A DNA stretch of 64,000 nt from the NCBI RefSeq assembly GCF_009914755.1, contig NC_060926.1; one strand, written 5' to 3'. How positions within the stretch are numbered: the stretch's first letter is position 1; every line of letters starts with the position of its first letter. Under the pieces are notes generated by a model that was not told where the DNA came from, ran no database searches, and saw only the letters and a list, made by a program, of their open reading frames with translations. The translations under genes were made by a program, and so were the position numbers. Below are positions 60,120-64,000 of the stretch, in pieces. The DNA is from the human T2T-CHM13v2.0 reference genome, Homo sapiens.

Positions 60120-60148
60120 CTTACCTGATTTTTCTTTTTCTCTTTTAG
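60120..60148 (+). promoter_or_regulatory. THSD7B: Branch point, polypyrimidine tract and 3' splice site of the long upstream intron
   Basis: cCTGAt (yUnAy, A at 60128, -21 from the exon) followed by an 18-nt pure pyrimidine tract and AG. Confidence 0.75.
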
Positions 60149-60183
60149 GAATAGGCAAGTCAAGAGGCTGAAAAATCTGAAGC
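60149..60183 (+). other. THSD7B: 5' UTR part (35 nt) of the THSD7B first coding exon
   Basis: Follows the acceptor tttctttttctcttttAG (AG at 60147-60148); contains no upstream ATG. Confidence 0.88.
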
Positions 60184-60322
60184 ATGTTTCCAAAGAGCAA
60201 CCTAACAGTCACTTGCTGGGTATGGAGGAGCATGAGGAAGCTCTTTCTATTGCTTTCTCTCTTGCTGTCCCATGCAGCTCATTTGGAAGGCAAAAAGGAT
60301 AATCAGTTCATCTGGAAACCAG
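60184..60322 (+). CDS. THSD7B: First coding exon of thrombospondin type-1 domain-containing 7B (N-terminus and signal peptide); 46 codons + 1 nt, phase-1 donor
   Basis: Manual translation from ATG 60184 gives MFPKSNLTVTCWVWRSMRKLFLLLSLLLSHAAHLEGKKDNQFIWKP, which I recognise as the human THSD7B N-terminus. In-frame TGA at 60178-60180 just upstream; donor CAG|GTAGGA at 60322/60323. Too short to appear in the ORF track. Confidence 0.93.
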
Positions 60323-62157
60323 GTAGGAATGTCCTGGCTGTTCCTTTGTCCTATTTTCATTAACAGGAAGAATATTCTTTCCATCCTTCTTCTTCTTCTT
60401 TCTAAAGTAGTGGGAAATATCCAGAGAGGAAAAATAGACTCTTTTTTTAAATTCTGCAGCTCATATTTGATTTTTTACTCCTGCATAATTGTCTTCTCCA
60501 TCCATGATGCTTGTTATCCTTCTGAATTTTCATGTTGTTGTCAATTAAAGTTATGATTTCCATAGTTACATCTACTTCTCCTTTGTCAAATATTTCACCA
60601 GTGTGCAGCACATTTGTAGCAAAAATGACATCTGAATTTAGCTGATATTCTCAGCTAAGAACGCTTTGGACCAGTTCTGCATGTCTCTTTCAGGGTTTAA
60701 ACTAGTTAGCTATTTATTATTAAATGCTTTCCAGCATAGATCTTCTATGTCTAGGTTTGAGAGCATGAAAAATTATCCTGACAGCTTTGCTCATTAGTTG
60801 TGACTGTAAAGTCACGTTAATGTATTTTGAGATTCTTAGCTACCTCATGCATTATCCTTTATGTATATGAATAATTTGAGTTGAAATTTGGGGCTGGAAT
60901 ATAACTTATGTTCATCTCTAAATATTTCCTTAATTTGGCTGCGAAAAAGATCTGTTAAATTTAATTTCAGAGCCTAATAATTTATTAACTTAAATTATGA
61001 ACCCTAAACATCTTAGCTCTTTGTATTACTGATGCTTTTCCTTGCTCTGGATTTTAATTTTCTTTAAGTTTCACAATCAGATCATTTAAAATATTTATTG
61101 CTTTCTCAAGACTCCATTCTTTCAAATACTGATAACTTATATACTTAATAACTTGGAACTGGAAAATGTGATGTTATAGAAGATCTATGGTCCTCAAAGA
61201 ATTTTCATTTTGGCCCCATCATCTGTAAATTAAATAGACTTCAAATATATTGTGTCACCATGGAAATATGTATAAAAGTGATGTTTGTAATATTTAAATA
61301 ATTTTGCAAAAATGAAAGTGAATTATGCTTTAAAGTCTATTAAGTAAAAAAAAAAAACACAGCCACCATTAGAGATACAGTCTGGATGAAATTTAATTGC
61401 ATTAAAGCCCCTATAAATTAATTTAACTGTGGGCTCCAATACTTCATTACTGATTTGCATTTTTTTTTCCCTCAGAGTAGTTTTAGGCAGCTTTGGAAAT
61501 AGTCCTGAAAGTCAGTATTTCCTTTCTGGGAATGGGGTTATTTTGTTTTAATCACAAAAGACGAACATTTGATCAAATCAAAATATGCACATTTTTATGA
61601 CTACTGTCGAAAGTTTTAAAAAATATATGGTTAAAATGGAAAGTGGCAAATTTGAAAAACGAATGAGATGTGTTAAGAAAATGGGGTTATTTTGAAGCAA
61701 GTTTTAAAATAAGCATGCTTTTCTAAAAGTAGGTCATTGGAACAAGATGGTAAAAACAAACTCTACAGTGGATGAATTTTTTTGGTAACTGTCAAACTTA
61801 AGTTTCAGAAGTGAGGATCCTTTTCATCATACATAACACATTGTTTAAAATGAACATATAAGTCACTACTGTCACTTCTCCTGGTATTCATTACTTCTTT
61901 CCCTCCTTACAGTGCCATCAAAAAGGTAACAATATAATTTTTTCCTATTTGGTTTTGCTTTCAAAGCAGATTACTTATGTATGACTGACATTTTAAAAGT
62001 GAAAGAAATCTAAAAGGTACAAAATTAAGAACAAAAGCTCCAATGTATCCCTTTCCAATCTCTTTTGTATCCTTCAGAAAATTTCCTTGTACATGTAAGT
62101 ACACATTTATGCATGTTTATGTGTATGAATCACACAGAAGATACACATATAATTATA

Positions 62158-62610
62158 GTTATTAATTAGGTTCTGTTAAGAAAGAAACAGCACATGCGAA
62201 GTCGGCAGTTGAGAAGAGTTTCATAGAAGGACATTTACAAAAGTAGGCAAGTGTGAGCAGTGTGTAAGGACAGGAACAAGGGATTGTGCAGTGACCCTGA
62301 ACTGTATCAGTTGGGAGCCTCTACAACTTCTGGGTATGTAGGGGCCAGGAGAAAGAGTGGTTCCCAGAATCTGGAGAGGTGCTTGACAAATGCTGTGGCT
62401 TTTAAAGGGATACAGCCAACCTGCAGCAAAATAGGAAGGAGGCCAGGGGAATGAAGGGCTCCACCTCACTTTCCTCCAGCTTTCATATCTGCCAGGCCTC
62501 CCATTGGATGAATTCAACCAAAAACCACAAGGCAGGGGAGCCCATGGATATATCCATTCAGGTAAACCTCTTGAGCAGGAAGCAGGATGGAGAATGGTGC
62601 ACCTGAAAAT
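62158..62610. mobile_element. LTR33-like ERVL LTR inside an old L1M
   Basis: aaacagcacat...ttgagaagagtttcatagaaggacatttacaaa...aggcaggggagcccatggat pattern. Confidence 0.5.
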
Positions 62611-63717
62611 ATTTAATTCTTCCATATATGCATGTATGTATACACACATATTTCATGTAAGTGGAATCATACTCTGCACTGCTTTCTGCAACTATCTTTG
62701 ATCATATAATGATATATTGATGAATATTACATATTAATGCACATAGGCCAACCTCATCTTTTAATGACTGCATAGTATTCTTTAGCATTTTTATTTAATA
62801 AATTTATCTAGTTTTCCTGTTGCTTTATCTTCTCTTCCTCTATTGCTTGGCATTTCAGTGGTTTCTAGTTTTTTTGCTATTATAAATAATGCTGACATGA
62901 ATGCAGTATTATTTTAAAGGTAAGCAATAATAAATTGATTTAAGGAGTTATATCCCTAGAAAAATTCTAGTTTATAACCTTTGAAGACAACATCAACATC
63001 TTAGAATCTGTTACCTATTTACGGATGAGTTTAGTGTATTTCATTTTGATTTTTAACACTGTATTGCAGTTGAAATTAGCTGTATTTTTAGGGTATGTTA
63101 TCAAATCCAAGAACTCAGGTCCAGTGTAATTTGGAATTTGAACAGATTTCCATGGAGACCCAGATAACTATACTTTATTGTAGAAACCTAGAAACCATTC
63201 TCTGGGTTTTGATTGCTGTGTCAACCACTTTACTCTTTTGCTGGTGTCTATTGTTCCCCACCCCCACACCCCAAATCGGTAGGTCCGATGTTAGTCAACC
63301 TCATCCAAATTACAGGCATTTCTAAGTGAGTCCTGGCTTTGGAAAAACAATGGATTGATGAATAATAAGTGAGTGTATTATGTTTTTCAGGATTTCCATG
63401 CTGAGGGAGAGTCTGCTGAGTTGTAGGCTGCAAGGTCATTGATCTGTCAAGGCTGTTAAATGCCTATCATTATTGTGATGAGATCCTATAATCTATATTG
63501 GTGTCAGACACTCTGTTAGCTGTGTCAAGAAAGAAGGATCACGTCAGCAACAGTATCAGATAAGGGACAATGTTGTTTGCGGTTTTAAGTTTCAATATAA
63601 AACTATTCATGCCTGCCTGCTTTGTGGAGATGAACAGATTATGGTCTCTGATCCCACAGTAAATTGTGCTCTCTTAAAAAATTCCTCAGTTTTGGTTCTA
63701 AGAGGTTCACTTATTTC

Positions 63718-64000
63718 TAGTAATACTTATTGAGTCCTTACTGTGTGTCAAGCATTGTTACAAGTACATGAGATAAATTGATTGAGAATAAAATAGGCAA
63801 ATCCTCGGTCCTCATAAAGAGGGCAATAAACATGATCAGTAGTTAAATAGAGTATGCTAGATGAGGGCGAGTGGTAAGAAGGAAAGATGAGGCCAGGAGG
63901 AGGGATATACAGTGGGAGCAGGGAGACTAAAAGCTTAAGGAGGTTGTCCATGAGCTGCCTGAGGAAGTGAATCTGAGTAAAGACCTGAGGGAAGTGAGGG
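63718..64000 (-). mobile_element. L2 LINE 3' end (runs off the window)
   Basis: aatacttattgagtccttactgtgtgtcaagcattgtt...ctgagtaaagacctgaggga. Confidence 0.65.

Noticed and set aside
60638-60658. Hairpin ttagctga-tattc-tcagctaa
   Set aside because: An 8-bp stem is expected by chance in 64 kb.

Overview
Human or great-ape genomic DNA: AT-rich, CpG-depleted and full of primate Alu/L1PA and older mammalian repeats. The window lies inside THSD7B (+ strand). About 60 kb of intron precedes the first coding exon (60149-60322, ATG at 60184, encoding MFPKSNLTVTCWVWRSMRKLFLLLSLLLSHAAHLEGKKDNQFIWKP), and the next intron follows. The rest is 11 Alus, a 5'-inverted L1PA, MaLR/ERVL solo LTRs, L2/MIR/L1M relics, hAT fossils and microsatellites. 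Almost all ORF-track entries are spurious. I see no convincing new multi-gene system. The best oddities are: (1) a 121-bp local duplication of the exon's branch-point region carrying a U1-like ACTTACCTG motif that could pair with the exon's own donor; (2) a 60-bp templated insertion inside an Alu copied from 3.7 kb away; (3) a tailless 5S rRNA retropseudogene with target-site duplication; (4) a twin-primed L1 missing about 1.6 kb at its inversion; (5) an ancient nested palindromic element near 36.8 kb; (6) a miRNA-like hairpin / RFX-site cluster near 24.2 kb. Repeat family names come from recalled consensus sequences, and boundaries of old repeats are approximate.
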